NCBI GenBank assembly: GCA_964557085.1
Contig: CAZKYS010000001.1
Coordinates: 1 to 62,303 of the forward strand
Length of the DNA: 62,303 nucleotides
Origin: an uncultured Caulobacteraceae bacterium
GTDB taxonomy: Bacteria > Pseudomonadota > Alphaproteobacteria > Caulobacterales > Aquidulcibacteraceae
Direction of reading: 5' to 3'
The notes under the pieces are model-generated. The model did no database searches, was not told the DNA's origin, and saw only the letters and a list, made by a program, of their open reading frames with translations. Below, piece by piece: positions 33,078 to 43,955 of this stretch. How positions within the stretch are numbered: the stretch's first letter is position 1; the number at the start of each line of letters is the position of its first letter. Position numbers and translations under genes: made by a program.

Positions 33078-34247
33078 TTATTGCCCCTTTTTATCTGTTT
33101 GTGGGGCATTTGGATTTTCAACTGGCTTTGGTTTTATTGGCGCGCCTTGTTTTAATTTTGCGCCGCCTTGAACAATTAATTTATCGCCAATTTTAAGACC
33201 AGACATAATTTGCCATTTATCGCCAATCATTTCGCCAAGTTCAATTGGTGTTTTTATTGCTTTATTATCAGGACCAACCAAAAACACACTTGCAACACCG
33301 GTGCTATCAATTGTTACGGCATTTTGCGGAATTTGAATGCCTTTTGCGATTGTTCCTTTTGAAATTATCGCGCGAACAAACATTCCGGGTAATAAAGTGC
33401 CATTAGAATTTGGAAATAATGCCCGAAGGTTCACATTACCCGTTGACGGATCAACTGTTAAATCGGAAAATTCCAAAACACCCGTTTGGTCAAATTCACT
33501 TCCATCACTAAGCACTAATTTTACCATCGTACTTGATGGCTGATTTAACGCGCCAATTGCAAATTGTTTTTTAAGTCGCAAAATATCCGATGAAGATTGG
33601 GTAATATCAACATAGACACGCGAAATGTCCTGAATTGTTGTAAGCGGTGCAGTTTGATTTGCGGTTACCAAAGCGCCCTTGGTAAAATTACTTTTCCCAA
33701 TGCGTCCACTTATAGGCGCCAAAACATTGGTATAACGAAGGTTTATTTTGGCAATATCAAGATTGGCATTTTGCAAATTCATATTTGCATTTGCAACCTT
33801 TAAAGCGGTTCGTGCATCATCCAATTCTTGCTTGCTTATGGCATTGATTTTTATCAATTCTTCATAACGGGCAAGTTTAGTTCGTGCCGCTTCTAAATTC
33901 GCACTTGCCTGCCCCAAAGTTGCAGCGCTTGATTTAAGACTTGCATTATAAAGGGCGCTATCGATTGAATAAAGGCTTTGGCCTTGTGAAACCCTAGAGC
34001 CTTCAACAAATCTGCGTTCTTTGATTATTCCTGAAACCTGTGGGCGCACTTCGGAAACAAGATATGGCGTTACACGGCCCGATAATTCTTGTTTTAATTC
34101 AAGTGTTTGTTCTTCAATGCTTATAAAGGAGACTACTTGTGGTGGGCGCTCTTTAGGTGCATTTTGTTTATTATCGGCCTCATTGCCACATGCACTAACG
34201 CCTAAAATAAGGAAAATTGAAATTGAAAAAACTTTTAGGAAACGCAC
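33078..34247 (-). CDS. RND periplasmic adaptor (AcrA/MexA family)
   Basis: VSAC lipobox, EVRPQVSGII, APISGRIG, LLPGMFV. Confidence 0.94.
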   Translation of the reverse strand: MRFLKVFSISIFLILGVSACGNEADNKQNAPKERPPQVVSFISIEEQTLELKQELSGRVTPYLVSEVRPQVSGIIKERRFVEGSRVSQGQSLYSIDSALYNASLKSSAATLGQASANLEAARTKLARYEELIKINAISKQELDDARTALKVANANMNLQNANLDIAKINLRYTNVLAPISGRIGKSNFTKGALVTANQTAPLTTIQDISRVYVDITQSSSDILRLKKQFAIGALNQPSSTMVKLVLSDGSEFDQTGVLEFSDLTVDPSTGNVNLRALFPNSNGTLLPGMFVRAIISKGTIAKGIQIPQNAVTIDSTGVASVFLVGPDNKAIKTPIELGEMIGDKWQIMSGLKIGDKLIVQGGAKLKQGAPIKPKPVENPNAPQTDKKGQ

Positions 34248-34342
34248 AAGAATTACCTTTCATTGCACCCTAACAATTAGTTTATCGATTCTCAATGAAT
34301 TTTATTATGAAATGTGTTATTTCCACTTAATCGAACAATAAA

Positions 34343-35380
34343 TTATCTTTTTACATCAAGACCTTCGCCATTCATAAAGCTTGTAAGCATGGGCAATGTG
34401 TTCAAACATAAATCACCTAATTGCGAATGTTTCAAGCATGCAGATGCAAGGCCCATCAATAAGGCATCTTGGATTTCATAATCATTCAAAATGCCATTTA
34501 AAATCCCTGCGGCGAATGCATCACCGCTTCCGATACGGTCGACAATTGCATCTAAATCATAGAATTGCGTTTTGTAGTTTTTGTTTTTTGTAAAGGCAAT
34601 TGCGCCCAATTTATTATTACTTGCACTTATTTGAATTCGCGGTGTTGAAGTAATCAATTCAATATTATTCAATTTTTCAAACGCAAATTGTGCGCTTTTT
34701 TGTTCTTTTTCATCGCCAAATTGTTCAAAATTTTCGCCAAAAACTAATTGAATATCGCGATGTGAAGCAAAAAGAATATTGGCTTTGTTCATTAATTCCA
34801 AAATCATTTTTGGCGCTTCATTTGACCAATTTTCCCATAATTTTGGGCGATAATTGCAATCATAAGAAATTTTCACGCCTTTTCTTTGCGCAATTTCCAT
34901 GGCTTTCAATGCCGCTTCATACGGCCCAATTCCTAATGCCGCCGTCACGCCAGAAATGTGAAGTAAAGCACAATTTTCAAGAATATTTTCCCAATTTATT
35001 TTTGAAAAATCATATTTTGCAAAAACTGAATTTTCACGATCATAAATAATCTGACTTGGTCTATGCATTGCGCCAGGGCTCAGAAAATAAAGACCCATTC
35101 GTCCATTTTCTTTGGCAATATTATCAATATTTACGCCATATTTTCGCAATTCATTAAGCGCGGCATTTCCCAAATCATTATCAGAAACAGCGCCAACAAA
35201 TTCAACATTATTTCCAAGGCAGGATAGACCAATAGCAACATTGGCCTCTGCCCCGCCAATATAAGGGCGCAAATCACCCAAATCACCAATTTGTTGACCA
35301 TTAATTGAAGTCAGACGAACTAATAATTCACCAAAGCAGATGATTTTAGAATTATTGCGCATTATATTTTCCATTTTCAT
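34343..35380 (-). CDS. kdgK: 2-keto-3-deoxygluconate kinase (PfkB family)
   Basis: GGAEANVA, DCNYRPKLW, DRIGSGDAF; position in hexuronate locus. Confidence 0.85.
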   Translation of the reverse strand: MKMENIMRNNSKIICFGELLVRLTSINGQQIGDLGDLRPYIGGAEANVAIGLSCLGNNVEFVGAVSDNDLGNAALNELRKYGVNIDNIAKENGRMGLYFLSPGAMHRPSQIIYDRENSVFAKYDFSKINWENILENCALLHISGVTAALGIGPYEAALKAMEIAQRKGVKISYDCNYRPKLWENWSNEAPKMILELMNKANILFASHRDIQLVFGENFEQFGDEKEQKSAQFAFEKLNNIELITSTPRIQISASNNKLGAIAFTKNKNYKTQFYDLDAIVDRIGSGDAFAAGILNGILNDYEIQDALLMGLASACLKHSQLGDLCLNTLPMLTSFMNGEGLDVKR

Positions 35381-35395
35381 TATTCAAAATTGAAT

Positions 35396-35427
35396 GAAGG
35401 GCGCTACTTACATAGCACCCTTCTTTT
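35396..35427. terminator. Stem-loop between TonB-dependent receptor and kdgK
   Basis: GAAGGGCGCTA-cttaca-TAGCACCCTTC; U run only on + strand, so possibly a stabiliser or partial terminator for the minus-strand mRNA. Confidence 0.55.
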
Positions 35428-35469
35428 AGTAAAACACTGGGGATGTCTTACTGGGGAACATTTTGGTGC

Positions 35470-38424
35470 TTAGAATTTATATCTTGCACCAAGATAGAAT
35501 TGACGACCAGAGTGCGCGATATCAAACAATAAATCATCCGCTTTATTGCCTTGTGCGGTATCGTACGTAATACGGCTGTCTTGCTCTTCATCAGTTAGAT
35601 TAATTCCTTCAAGAACAAGGCTTAGGCGGTCATTCACTTTGTATGAAATCTGTGCATCAACTGAATTCACATCCAATTTACCCCAGAAATCAGCAGAAGA
35701 ACCTGGAAGCAATACAGACATATAACCATCGCGGTGTGAATAAGAAACACGGCCTGATAATTTGTCACCTTCATAATAAAGGGTCGCATTATATGAATTT
35801 GGCGACATACCTAGAAGATTATATTCTTTATAAACCGTCGTTGTTGCACTTGAAGTCATCACATAATTAATTTTTGAATCAACATGTGTGTAGTTCAAGA
35901 TTGCACCAGTTTTAGACAAGAAACCCGGTAAGAAAGTGAATGGCTGGCTTAATGAAATTTCATAACCAGTTAAATCACCACCTTTTGTGTTTACAGGCTG
36001 CGTAACAGTATAAGTTGTTGAGCCACTTTGCCCAGTTCCATCAAGCAATGATAAATCATAGCCAGTTTCAGAATATGGAATTGTACGAACCAAAGATTGA
36101 ATCCATGAATCGATTTGCTTTTTGAAAACACTAACCGCAATCATTGTATCTTTATTTGGATACCATTCCACGCTCATGTCATAAGTTTTGGCGCGAATTG
36201 GATCAAGATATGGGTTCCCAATGCTCAAAGTTTGGCCAGATGTATTGATTGAACCACCCGGTGACAGACTTGCAAGTGTTGGACGTGACATAACTTTTGA
36301 AGCTGCAAAACGAACCAATAGATTTTTTTGCGGTTCAACAGTTACGTTAAATGAAGGAAGTGTATCTTCATAAGAACGATTGATAGTAGTTGACGTAATC
36401 ACGCCGCCTTTTGCGATATAGCCGTTTACAGTTTCGCCAGTTGATACATAACGAACACCAAGATTTCCACGAACTGGAATTTGACCAACATTAAAGCGAT
36501 AATCAGATTGCAAATAAAGCGCAGTATCAGATTCTTCGGCGCTACGATTATTTGGTCTTGCATTATTATTGGTCGCATTCATTGTGAATGCACCCCAAGA
36601 ATTTACGCAATTACAAGTATAATCAAATTTAGCACGGATTTTATCAAGATCAGGTACTAAATAACTTGTTCCTGCAACATTGATAAGCTTTGAATATGAA
36701 CCCATATTGCCATTAATTTCGGTTACGATACCAGAGCCCGGTGGCGCAGCTTCGTTATTGGTAAGTGGGTCAGTTGTATAACGACGCAATTCAGTAGTTT
36801 TAAAGCCGAATTGTTTATATGAACCACCAAATTTCAATTTAATATTGTCATTAATATTATATTTGAAATTAACCGAACCAGTGTCAAAAGTATTCTCAAC
36901 TGTAAGCGGACGAAGACGAATAAGTGATGCATCGCCGTTGGCATTGGTTGATGCAGTTGCAGAAGAAGCCGCCGCATATTGCCAATAACAAGCCTGTGCA
37001 ATCGTGCAATTCGTTGAGCTTGTACCATAATTCACTTTTGGATTTGCCATATCGGTTAAATCATACGAATAACCCTTCACATTATATGATTCAAAAGTGA
37101 ATGTTGTTTGTTCCGAATTATCAAGGAATGATTTTGAATGACCGACAGTGATATTTGTGCTTAATTTGTCGGTAATCTTGCTATCCATGCTTAAATCATA
37201 TTGATCAAACGTGGTTTTAAGTTTGTCAAAACGCATTTCAGATCGCATATCAACATCATTGAATGATGCTTTGGTGATTACTTTGCGACTATCGATTGTG
37301 TAATTATAAATATCGGTTTGCGGAACACCTGCGGTATTTCTTGAAAAAGAAATAGGCTCCATATTATATTCAATACGGTCAGCACCAAATTCAGAATGAA
37401 GGACATCCAATGTGAAAGTTGTGTCTTCACTTGGGCGATATTGCAATGAACCAGTTAGGCCAAGGCGTTTTTCATCGGTTTCAAAACGTGAATCACGCAA
37501 GAAACGCGGGTAGATTGCCTGCGTTACATTCAAAGCCTCACCAGTTAAGGTTGGATTTGTTGAGCTTATTTCAGTAGTTGAGCAAACGCGCGTCGTAGCA
37601 GTTGTACATGGTGTAATTGCATTAAAAGTTACGCCACCATCAGTTGAATAGGATTGGAAACGCCCCGCATTACCCGCAGAATATGCATTCTGCCAACGAC
37701 CAGAGTTTGAACCTTCTTCAACAATTTTACGGCCAGTATAAGCAACAGAAAATAAAGCGCCAAATTTGCCATCTTCTGAACGTTTAGACGCCATAAAAGT
37801 CCCACGGCCAGATGCCTTTTCAGACAAATCATTATAGCCCGCCTGTAATGAAGCGGCCATTTGGTTTTCTTTAAAATCAAATGGGCGCGCAGAACGCAAA
37901 TCAACCGTTGCACCCAAAGAACCTTCTTCAATTTCCGCAGATAGAGATTTGCGAACCGTCAAAGAATTGAAAAGTTCCGATGCAAAAACGTTGAAGTCAA
38001 AACCACGACCACGGTTTGCGCCGCCATCTTTATCTTTACCACCAGTTGTTGAAATAGCTTCAAGGCCATTCAAGCGAACACGGGTAAAATCAGGGCCAAG
38101 ACCACGAACAGTAATAGATTTACCCTCACCGCCATCACGGTCGATTGCAACACCTGGGATACGTTGCAAAGATTCCGCCAAATTATTATCTGGGAATTTG
38201 CCAATATCTTCGGCTTTGATTGTATCAACAATATCGTTTTCAAGTTTTTTTGCGGCAATTGCAGAACGAACAGAAGACTTAAAGCCAGTTACAACAATAG
38301 TCTCTGAATTTTTTGAAGCGCCAGCTTCTTGGGCAAATGCACTGCTTGCAAAAGCCATCGCCAAAAGCGATGCACTTGTGCATAAAATCGCGCCCTTGCG
38401 ATTGGACGTTTTATTCAATTTCAT
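35470..38424 (-). CDS. TonB-dependent receptor, probably for oligogalacturonides
   Basis: Signal peptide, TonB-box-like ETIVVTG, plug AEDIGKFPDNNLAESLQRIPGV, C-terminal GARYKF; substrate inferred from locus. Confidence 0.93.
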   Translation of the reverse strand: MKLNKTSNRKGAILCTSASLLAMAFASSAFAQEAGASKNSETIVVTGFKSSVRSAIAAKKLENDIVDTIKAEDIGKFPDNNLAESLQRIPGVAIDRDGGEGKSITVRGLGPDFTRVRLNGLEAISTTGGKDKDGGANRGRGFDFNVFASELFNSLTVRKSLSAEIEEGSLGATVDLRSARPFDFKENQMAASLQAGYNDLSEKASGRGTFMASKRSEDGKFGALFSVAYTGRKIVEEGSNSGRWQNAYSAGNAGRFQSYSTDGGVTFNAITPCTTATTRVCSTTEISSTNPTLTGEALNVTQAIYPRFLRDSRFETDEKRLGLTGSLQYRPSEDTTFTLDVLHSEFGADRIEYNMEPISFSRNTAGVPQTDIYNYTIDSRKVITKASFNDVDMRSEMRFDKLKTTFDQYDLSMDSKITDKLSTNITVGHSKSFLDNSEQTTFTFESYNVKGYSYDLTDMANPKVNYGTSSTNCTIAQACYWQYAAASSATASTNANGDASLIRLRPLTVENTFDTGSVNFKYNINDNIKLKFGGSYKQFGFKTTELRRYTTDPLTNNEAAPPGSGIVTEINGNMGSYSKLINVAGTSYLVPDLDKIRAKFDYTCNCVNSWGAFTMNATNNNARPNNRSAEESDTALYLQSDYRFNVGQIPVRGNLGVRYVSTGETVNGYIAKGGVITSTTINRSYEDTLPSFNVTVEPQKNLLVRFAASKVMSRPTLASLSPGGSINTSGQTLSIGNPYLDPIRAKTYDMSVEWYPNKDTMIAVSVFKKQIDSWIQSLVRTIPYSETGYDLSLLDGTGQSGSTTYTVTQPVNTKGGDLTGYEISLSQPFTFLPGFLSKTGAILNYTHVDSKINYVMTSSATTTVYKEYNLLGMSPNSYNATLYYEGDKLSGRVSYSHRDGYMSVLLPGSSADFWGKLDVNSVDAQISYKVNDRLSLVLEGINLTDEEQDSRITYDTAQGNKADDLLFDIAHSGRQFYLGARYKF

Positions 38425-38557
38425 TTCCTTCCTCCCAGAATATCCATTTTTATGGATATTGAAAATTCCCTTTTGAATGTCGCATCTGGTTTTTATGATT
38501 TCGACATATATTAATTTGTGCGCTTTAATTTTTCACCCTAAACCTTATCTTCAAATA

Positions 38558-38571
38558 AGACACCGGTGTCA
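38558..38571. promoter_or_regulatory. LacI-type operator
   Basis: AGACACCGGTGTCA, perfect 12-bp palindromic core, upstream of the receptor. Confidence 0.85.
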
Positions 38572-38634
38572 TTTTAAAGCAATATCATTTACAAATCCCA
38601 AGATAAACTCACAAATAAAAAAAATCAAGCAAAA

Positions 38635-38648
38635 TGACACCGGTAGCG
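38635..38648. promoter_or_regulatory. Degenerate LacI-type operator
   Basis: TGACACCGGTAGCG, left half intact. Confidence 0.6.
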
Positions 38649-38677
38649 CAAACTTTTTGCATGATAAATTCAACAGA

Positions 38678-39499
38678 TTAAATTGGTTTAAACTCCTTGG
38701 TCAATATATTGAATTTACATATATTTTCGCCAGCAATGCCAAAGGCCACTTGTGCGCTTTGACCGATATTAATATCGTGAATACCAGTTGAAGCACCAGA
38801 AGAAATAAATTGCCCTTTTTTAAGTGGCATATTTCGCATCGCCAAATGCCCTGCAAGCCATGCAATAGCGGCAAGTGGGCCATTTGGCATAGAGAATAAA
38901 CCACCCTCCCCGACAAGTTTTCCATCAATGAAAGATTGGGCATTATATTTATTACATTCTTGCGCGCTTAATTGGTCAGCACTTTCAATATTGGCAAGCC
39001 TATAACCAAGAATCAAACCAAAATTATTTCCAAAATCAGATGCAACTACAGTTGGCCCATATGAATTAATGTCAAAGATTGGCGAACCTGCCATTTCAAT
39101 GCCAGCATAAACTGAATTGATTAATTTCGCCGCTTCTTCTTGGGTGTAATTTGTCTTTGCTGGATCGGCATCATGGGCGATTTCAAAAACATATTCAGCT
39201 TCAACGGCGGCAAAACCGTCCTTAAATAATCCAACGTGATTTACGTCCATAATTTTTTGAAAATTGCATTCAAAAATTGGGCCAGTCAAACGTTCAGTTT
39301 TATGAATTTCATGCAAATCAGGTGCAAGGCGTCCAATTTTCCAGCCTATGATTTTATCATTATATAATTTGATTGCTTCATCTTGCACTTGATATGAATA
39401 ATCAAGTGATTTTGGAACATCTGTTGGATATTTGGCAAAAGCGCCACCATTTTTGCGCGCATCAACCAATAGATTTGCAAGCTCTTTTGCATCCATCAT
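38678..39499 (-). CDS. Fumarylacetoacetate-hydrolase superfamily protein (2-keto-4-pentenoate hydratase-like)
   Basis: GWKIG, VEAEYVF, GIEMAGSP, PLAAIAWLA, GQFISSGA; ATGA-coupled to kduD. Confidence 0.82.
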   Translation of the reverse strand: MMDAKELANLLVDARKNGGAFAKYPTDVPKSLDYSYQVQDEAIKLYNDKIIGWKIGRLAPDLHEIHKTERLTGPIFECNFQKIMDVNHVGLFKDGFAAVEAEYVFEIAHDADPAKTNYTQEEAAKLINSVYAGIEMAGSPIFDINSYGPTVVASDFGNNFGLILGYRLANIESADQLSAQECNKYNAQSFIDGKLVGEGGLFSMPNGPLAAIAWLAGHLAMRNMPLKKGQFISSGASTGIHDINIGQSAQVAFGIAGENICKFNILTKEFKPI

Positions 39500-40251
39500 C
39501 GTGCAAGCCATCCGCCATCAACAGGAATGATTGCACCATTCACATAATCAGAAGCAGATGAAGCAAGAAACACCGCCGCCCCACCCAAATCAGATGGCAA
39601 GCCCCAACGTGCCGCAGGAATACGCCCCAAAATTTCATTTGAACGCGCTTCATCCGCACGCAATTGCGCCGTATTATCAGTTGCCATATAACCAGGGGCA
39701 ATCGCATTAATATTGATATTTTTTGACGCCCATTCATTTGCCAAAAGGCGTGTAATCCCTGCAATACCAGATTTTGACGCAGTATAAGATGGCACACGAA
39801 TACCACCTTGGAACGATAGCATGGAGGCAATATTTATAATTTTACCACCGCCATTGGCAATCATGTGACGGCCAACCGCCTGCGCCATAAAGAATGCACC
39901 CTTTATGTTTACATTCATTACATCGTCCCAATCTTTTTCGGAAAAATCAACTGCATCAGCGCGGCGAATTAGCCCTGCATTATTGACCAAAATATCTATA
40001 TGACCATATTTTTTCAAAGTTGTTTCAACAACATTATCAATCGGTTCAAGGCTACCGAGATTGGCATCAATATTGATAAACTCGCGCCCCAATTCTTTTA
40101 CCTTTACACCGGTGTCATCTGCGGGCGAAATTCCCGCCGCCGCAATATTAGCGCCAGCTTCTGCAAGCGCCAAAGCGATACCCTGCCCGAGGCCAGTATT
40201 TGCCCCTGTTACAAGCGCAACTTTACCCGTCAAATCGAATAATTTATTCAT
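39496..40251 (-). CDS. kduD: 2-dehydro-3-deoxy-D-gluconate 5-dehydrogenase
   Basis: SDR TGANTGLG, NNAG, SMLSFQGGIRVPSYTASKSG, VDGGWLAR. Confidence 0.96.
   Translation of the reverse strand: MNKLFDLTGKVALVTGANTGLGQGIALALAEAGANIAAAGISPADDTGVKVKELGREFINIDANLGSLEPIDNVVETTLKKYGHIDILVNNAGLIRRADAVDFSEKDWDDVMNVNIKGAFFMAQAVGRHMIANGGGKIINIASMLSFQGGIRVPSYTASKSGIAGITRLLANEWASKNININAIAPGYMATDNTAQLRADEARSNEILGRIPAARWGLPSDLGGAAVFLASSASDYVNGAIIPVDGGWLAR
40104..40117. promoter_or_regulatory. Possible intragenic operator in kduD
   Basis: TTACACCGGTGTCA, 13/14 match to TGACACCGGTGTCA. Confidence 0.45.
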
Positions 40252-40268
40252 TCTGCCACTCCCGTTAT

Positions 40269-41135
40269 CTATGCTAATTGGCAAATATCAAGAACTTTCA
40301 TATCGGTATAATCAAGGTTTTCGCCACCCATCGCCCATATGAAATTATAATTAGATGTGCCCGCGCCCATATGAATTGACCAAGGCGGCGAAACCACTGC
40401 TTCGTTATTTTGCATCACAATATGGCGGCAATTATCAGGCTCACCCATAAAGTGGAAAACACGATCATTTTCGCCCAAACCATAATAGAAATAAACTTCC
40501 GAACGCCTATCATGCAAATGCGGAGGCATTGTATTCCACACCGAGCCAGGCACCAAAATCGTCATACCCAAAAGCAATTGGCATGATTTAACTGTGCTTG
40601 GAACAATATATTGATAAATCACGCGCTGATTTGATTGTTCAAGTGAGCCGCGTTCCAACGGAACAGCCGCATCAATTGAAATCTTCTTAGTTTCATAACG
40701 TGCATGCGCAGGTGTTGATGTCAAATAAAACATCGCAGGGTTTGACGCATCAACAGATTTGAAAACCACATTTTCAGAACCCATTGCAATATAAAGCCCA
40801 TCCTTTGGCCCAATTTCAAACACCGCGCCATCAACTTCAATTATACCCGCACCTGAACCAACATTTATTGCACCTAATTCACGGCGCTCTAAAAACGGAT
40901 GTCCTTTTGCGCTTTCTGGTTCAGTTTGTGCAGGTAATTCAACAGATGCAGTTTTTGGGAATGCACCGCCAATAACAAAGCGTTCAAAATGCGTATAATG
41001 AAGAACCACTGAATTTTCAGCAAACAAGCCATCAAGCAAATATTTTTGGCGCAATTCTTCATTATCGGCGCCAATCATCATATCGGGATGGGTTGCATAA
41101 TAGGTTTTTGAATAAATTGAATGTTTATCGCACAT
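40269..41135 (-). CDS. kduI: 4-deoxy-L-threo-5-hexosulose-uronate ketol-isomerase
   Basis: [44 protein letters not shown]. Confidence 0.96.
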   Translation of the reverse strand: MCDKHSIYSKTYYATHPDMMIGADNEELRQKYLLDGLFAENSVVLHYTHFERFVIGGAFPKTASVELPAQTEPESAKGHPFLERRELGAINVGSGAGIIEVDGAVFEIGPKDGLYIAMGSENVVFKSVDASNPAMFYLTSTPAHARYETKKISIDAAVPLERGSLEQSNQRVIYQYIVPSTVKSCQLLLGMTILVPGSVWNTMPPHLHDRRSEVYFYYGLGENDRVFHFMGEPDNCRHIVMQNNEAVVSPPWSIHMGAGTSNYNFIWAMGGENLDYTDMKVLDICQLA

Positions 41136-41145
41136 TTTGCTACCT

Positions 41146-42594
41146 TTATAATTTGTATGCCGCTTTTGGCAGCCTATAGGTTAAATCAGAAATTATTTCG
41201 TGGGCTTCATCCATATTAAGACGATGACTTGCAACAAGACCTGCAAGATAACGCGCATCAATTCGCCGCGCCATATCATGACGCGCAGGGATTGATAAAA
41301 ATGCGCGTGTATCATCATTAAAACCAATTGTATTATAAAAGCCCGCAGTGGGTGTTATATTCTCACGGAATTTCAACATCCCCTCTGGGCAATCATTAAA
41401 CCACCATGCAGGGCCGAGTTTTAAAGCAGGATAATGCCCCGCCATTGGTCCAAGTTCGCGCGCATAAGTTGTTTCATCAAGGGTAAATAGAATAATTGAT
41501 AGATTTTTTTCATTACCAAATCTATCCAATAATGGTTTTAATGAATGTATATAATCGGTTGGACTTGGGTGATCCCCGCCCTTATCGCGCCCATATTTAT
41601 CAAATAATTTTTTATTATGATTGCGATATGCGCCCGCATGTATTTGTAAAACTAAACCATCATCAATGCTCATTTTGGCAAATTCAGTAAGCATTTGGGC
41701 ACGAAATAGTGCCGCATCATTCGCATCATGTTTTTTTGCCAAGATTTTTTGATATAGGGCATCCGCCTCGCTGCCGCTTAAATCTGCGGTCTGTGCAGTC
41801 GGATGCCCATGATCGCTTGACGTGACGCCTGTTGATTTAAAATAAGCACGGCGGTTTTGATGGGCGCGCAAATATGATTTAAAATCACCCAATTCTTCGC
41901 CTGATAATTGCCCAAAAATTGGCAAATCATTGTAAAAATTTTCATGCTCAGCATCAACAACATTATCAGGGCGATATGCCGATATTACCCGCCCTTTCCA
42001 ACCTGATTTTAAAATCTGTTGATGATGCAATAATTCATCAATCGGGCTTTCTGTTGTTGATAAAACTTCAATATTAAAACGTTCAAACAATGCGCGCGGT
42101 TTAAAATTATCTTGTGCTAACGCTTCGTTGATTGTGTCATAATAATAATCAGCCGAATTTTCATCAAGAACGATATCAAAACCAAACACCTCAACAAAAA
42201 CGTGATTAAGCCATATATGACTTGCCGTGCCGCGCATTAAATAAAAGTTTTTGGCAAATAAATGCCATGCTTTTCGCGGGTCTGTCGCGGGCATTCCATC
42301 ACGCGAAGAAACACATAAATCATCTAAATCAATGCCTTGGGAATATAGCATTCGAAAGACATAATGATCGGGTGATAAAAATAATTCGGTGGCATTGGTG
42401 AAATTTTTATTTTCTGAAAACCAAGAAGGATCAGTATGGCCATGCGGTGAAATTATCGGCATATCGCGCACTGCTTCATATAAATCGCGCGCGATTTTAC
42501 GCTCGCTATCAATTGGTGAAAACAATCTGTCTTCGTTAAAAACCAATTTAGGCGATTTTATATTGGCATATTGTTTTATGCTTACCTGTGGCAC
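41146..42594 (-). CDS. uxaC: Uronate isomerase
   Basis: [41 protein letters not shown]. Confidence 0.96.
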   Translation of the reverse strand: MPQVSIKQYANIKSPKLVFNEDRLFSPIDSERKIARDLYEAVRDMPIISPHGHTDPSWFSENKNFTNATELFLSPDHYVFRMLYSQGIDLDDLCVSSRDGMPATDPRKAWHLFAKNFYLMRGTASHIWLNHVFVEVFGFDIVLDENSADYYYDTINEALAQDNFKPRALFERFNIEVLSTTESPIDELLHHQQILKSGWKGRVISAYRPDNVVDAEHENFYNDLPIFGQLSGEELGDFKSYLRAHQNRRAYFKSTGVTSSDHGHPTAQTADLSGSEADALYQKILAKKHDANDAALFRAQMLTEFAKMSIDDGLVLQIHAGAYRNHNKKLFDKYGRDKGGDHPSPTDYIHSLKPLLDRFGNEKNLSIILFTLDETTYARELGPMAGHYPALKLGPAWWFNDCPEGMLKFRENITPTAGFYNTIGFNDDTRAFLSIPARHDMARRIDARYLAGLVASHRLNMDEAHEIISDLTYRLPKAAYKL

Positions 42595-42631
42595 TTACCT
42601 ATCCCTTGTTTTTTTAACATCTACAATAAAT

Positions 42632-42645
42632 AGACACCGGTGTCA
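42632..42645. promoter_or_regulatory. LacI-type operator
   Basis: AGACACCGGTGTCA ~40 bp upstream of uxaC. Confidence 0.85.
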
Positions 42646-42687
42646 TTAACAAAATGCAATGCTTGCCTCAATTTTGCAGTAAGCAAT

Positions 42688-43809
42688 TTATTGGGGGGCC
42701 TTTGTTGAATTTCGTAAGATTAAATTTGAATCGAACAAAATAGTTTTTGCATCATTTTTATGTGGACTAAGAACAATGTTTGCAGCCATTTTTGCCATAT
42801 CGCGTGTCGGCAATCTTACCGTTGTTAAGGCAGGCGTAAGGCGCGGTGCAAGTGGGCTATCGTCAAAGCCAACCACGCTTAAATCATCGGGAATTTTCAA
42901 TCCATGTTCATAAGCGGCCTTATAAACGCCCGCCGCCATTTCATCATTACAGGCAATAATCGCACTTGGGCGATTCTTATTGGAAAGAATAATATTTGCC
43001 GCCTCATAGCCAGATTCAAATGAATAATCGCCCGCGATGTCAATTTCGCTATCAATCTCAATTGAATGTTTTGCAAGGCCAGCCATAAACCCTGCACGCC
43101 TTTCATGCGCAGATGGGTAAATTTGATTACCGCGTATGAAACCAATTCTTTTATGCCCAATTTGAGCCAAATGAATTGCCGCCATTTCACAGCCAATTTT
43201 ATCAACCGAAACAATCTGATTTGAATTAATTGGCGGGTCATATTTTGCGCCATCACGCGCACTTATACGAACATAAGGAACATCAAGGCGATCAAGCAAA
43301 GCCAATAATTCCCTATCTTCGGCAATTGGTGGCAATATGATTATTCCCGACAATCTTTGCATTAGTATGAAATCTTCAATTTCACTTACAAGATTTGGGG
43401 CATTCCTATCGCATGGGTGAACCACCAATTCATGCCCAGTTCCACGCAAAGCATCAAGAACACCCAATTGCATATTCACAACATATTGCGCATTTGGGTT
43501 ATCATAAATCATGCCGATTAAGAATGAGCGCCTAAACGCAAGCGCCCTTGCTTGTGGATTTGGTTTGAAGCCAAGTTTTTTTATAATCTCACTTACCAAT
43601 GCGCGGGTTTCAGATTTCACATTTTCAGAATTATTTATGATTCTCGAAACCGTCTTTTTCGAAACGCCAGAAATTGATGCGACATCATTAATTGTTGGGC
43701 TATTTTTGTTTTGCAATAAATCATCAATTGCTTTTAAAGTTTGTGCATCAAGCGCGATATTTTCGTTTTCCAATTGGCTTTTCTTTTCTTCTTCTTGGCT
43801 TTTTGGCAT
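42688..43809 (-). CDS. LacI-family transcriptional regulator of hexuronate metabolism
   Basis: HTH TINDVASISGVSKKTVSRIIN, hinge PNPQARAL, IPDDLSVVGFDD, PALTTV; ATG 43809 preferred. Confidence 0.93.
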   Translation of the reverse strand: MPKSQEEEKKSQLENENIALDAQTLKAIDDLLQNKNSPTINDVASISGVSKKTVSRIINNSENVKSETRALVSEIIKKLGFKPNPQARALAFRRSFLIGMIYDNPNAQYVVNMQLGVLDALRGTGHELVVHPCDRNAPNLVSEIEDFILMQRLSGIIILPPIAEDRELLALLDRLDVPYVRISARDGAKYDPPINSNQIVSVDKIGCEMAAIHLAQIGHKRIGFIRGNQIYPSAHERRAGFMAGLAKHSIEIDSEIDIAGDYSFESGYEAANIILSNKNRPSAIIACNDEMAAGVYKAAYEHGLKIPDDLSVVGFDDSPLAPRLTPALTTVRLPTRDMAKMAANIVLSPHKNDAKTILFDSNLILRNSTKAPQ

Positions 43810-43910
43810 TATTTTGCTTTCACGGATTGCACGATTTGAATTTGGCAATATTCATTATTTTTATTAATAGCATGATAAATTAACTTGCCAAGTCGCTATT
43901 GTTTGTAATA

Positions 43911-43924
43911 TGACACCGGTGTCT
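43911..43924. promoter_or_regulatory. LacI-type operator
   Basis: TGACACCGGTGTCT in the divergent regulator/uxaA promoter. Confidence 0.85.
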
Positions 43925-43955
43925 TAATAAAATATTGCCAAGGCTTTCATTTTAA

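Noticed and set aside
33294-33306. ACACCGGTG core inside the RND adaptor gene
   Set aside because: Both flanks deviate from the operator consensus and it lies outside the pectin locus; likely chance.
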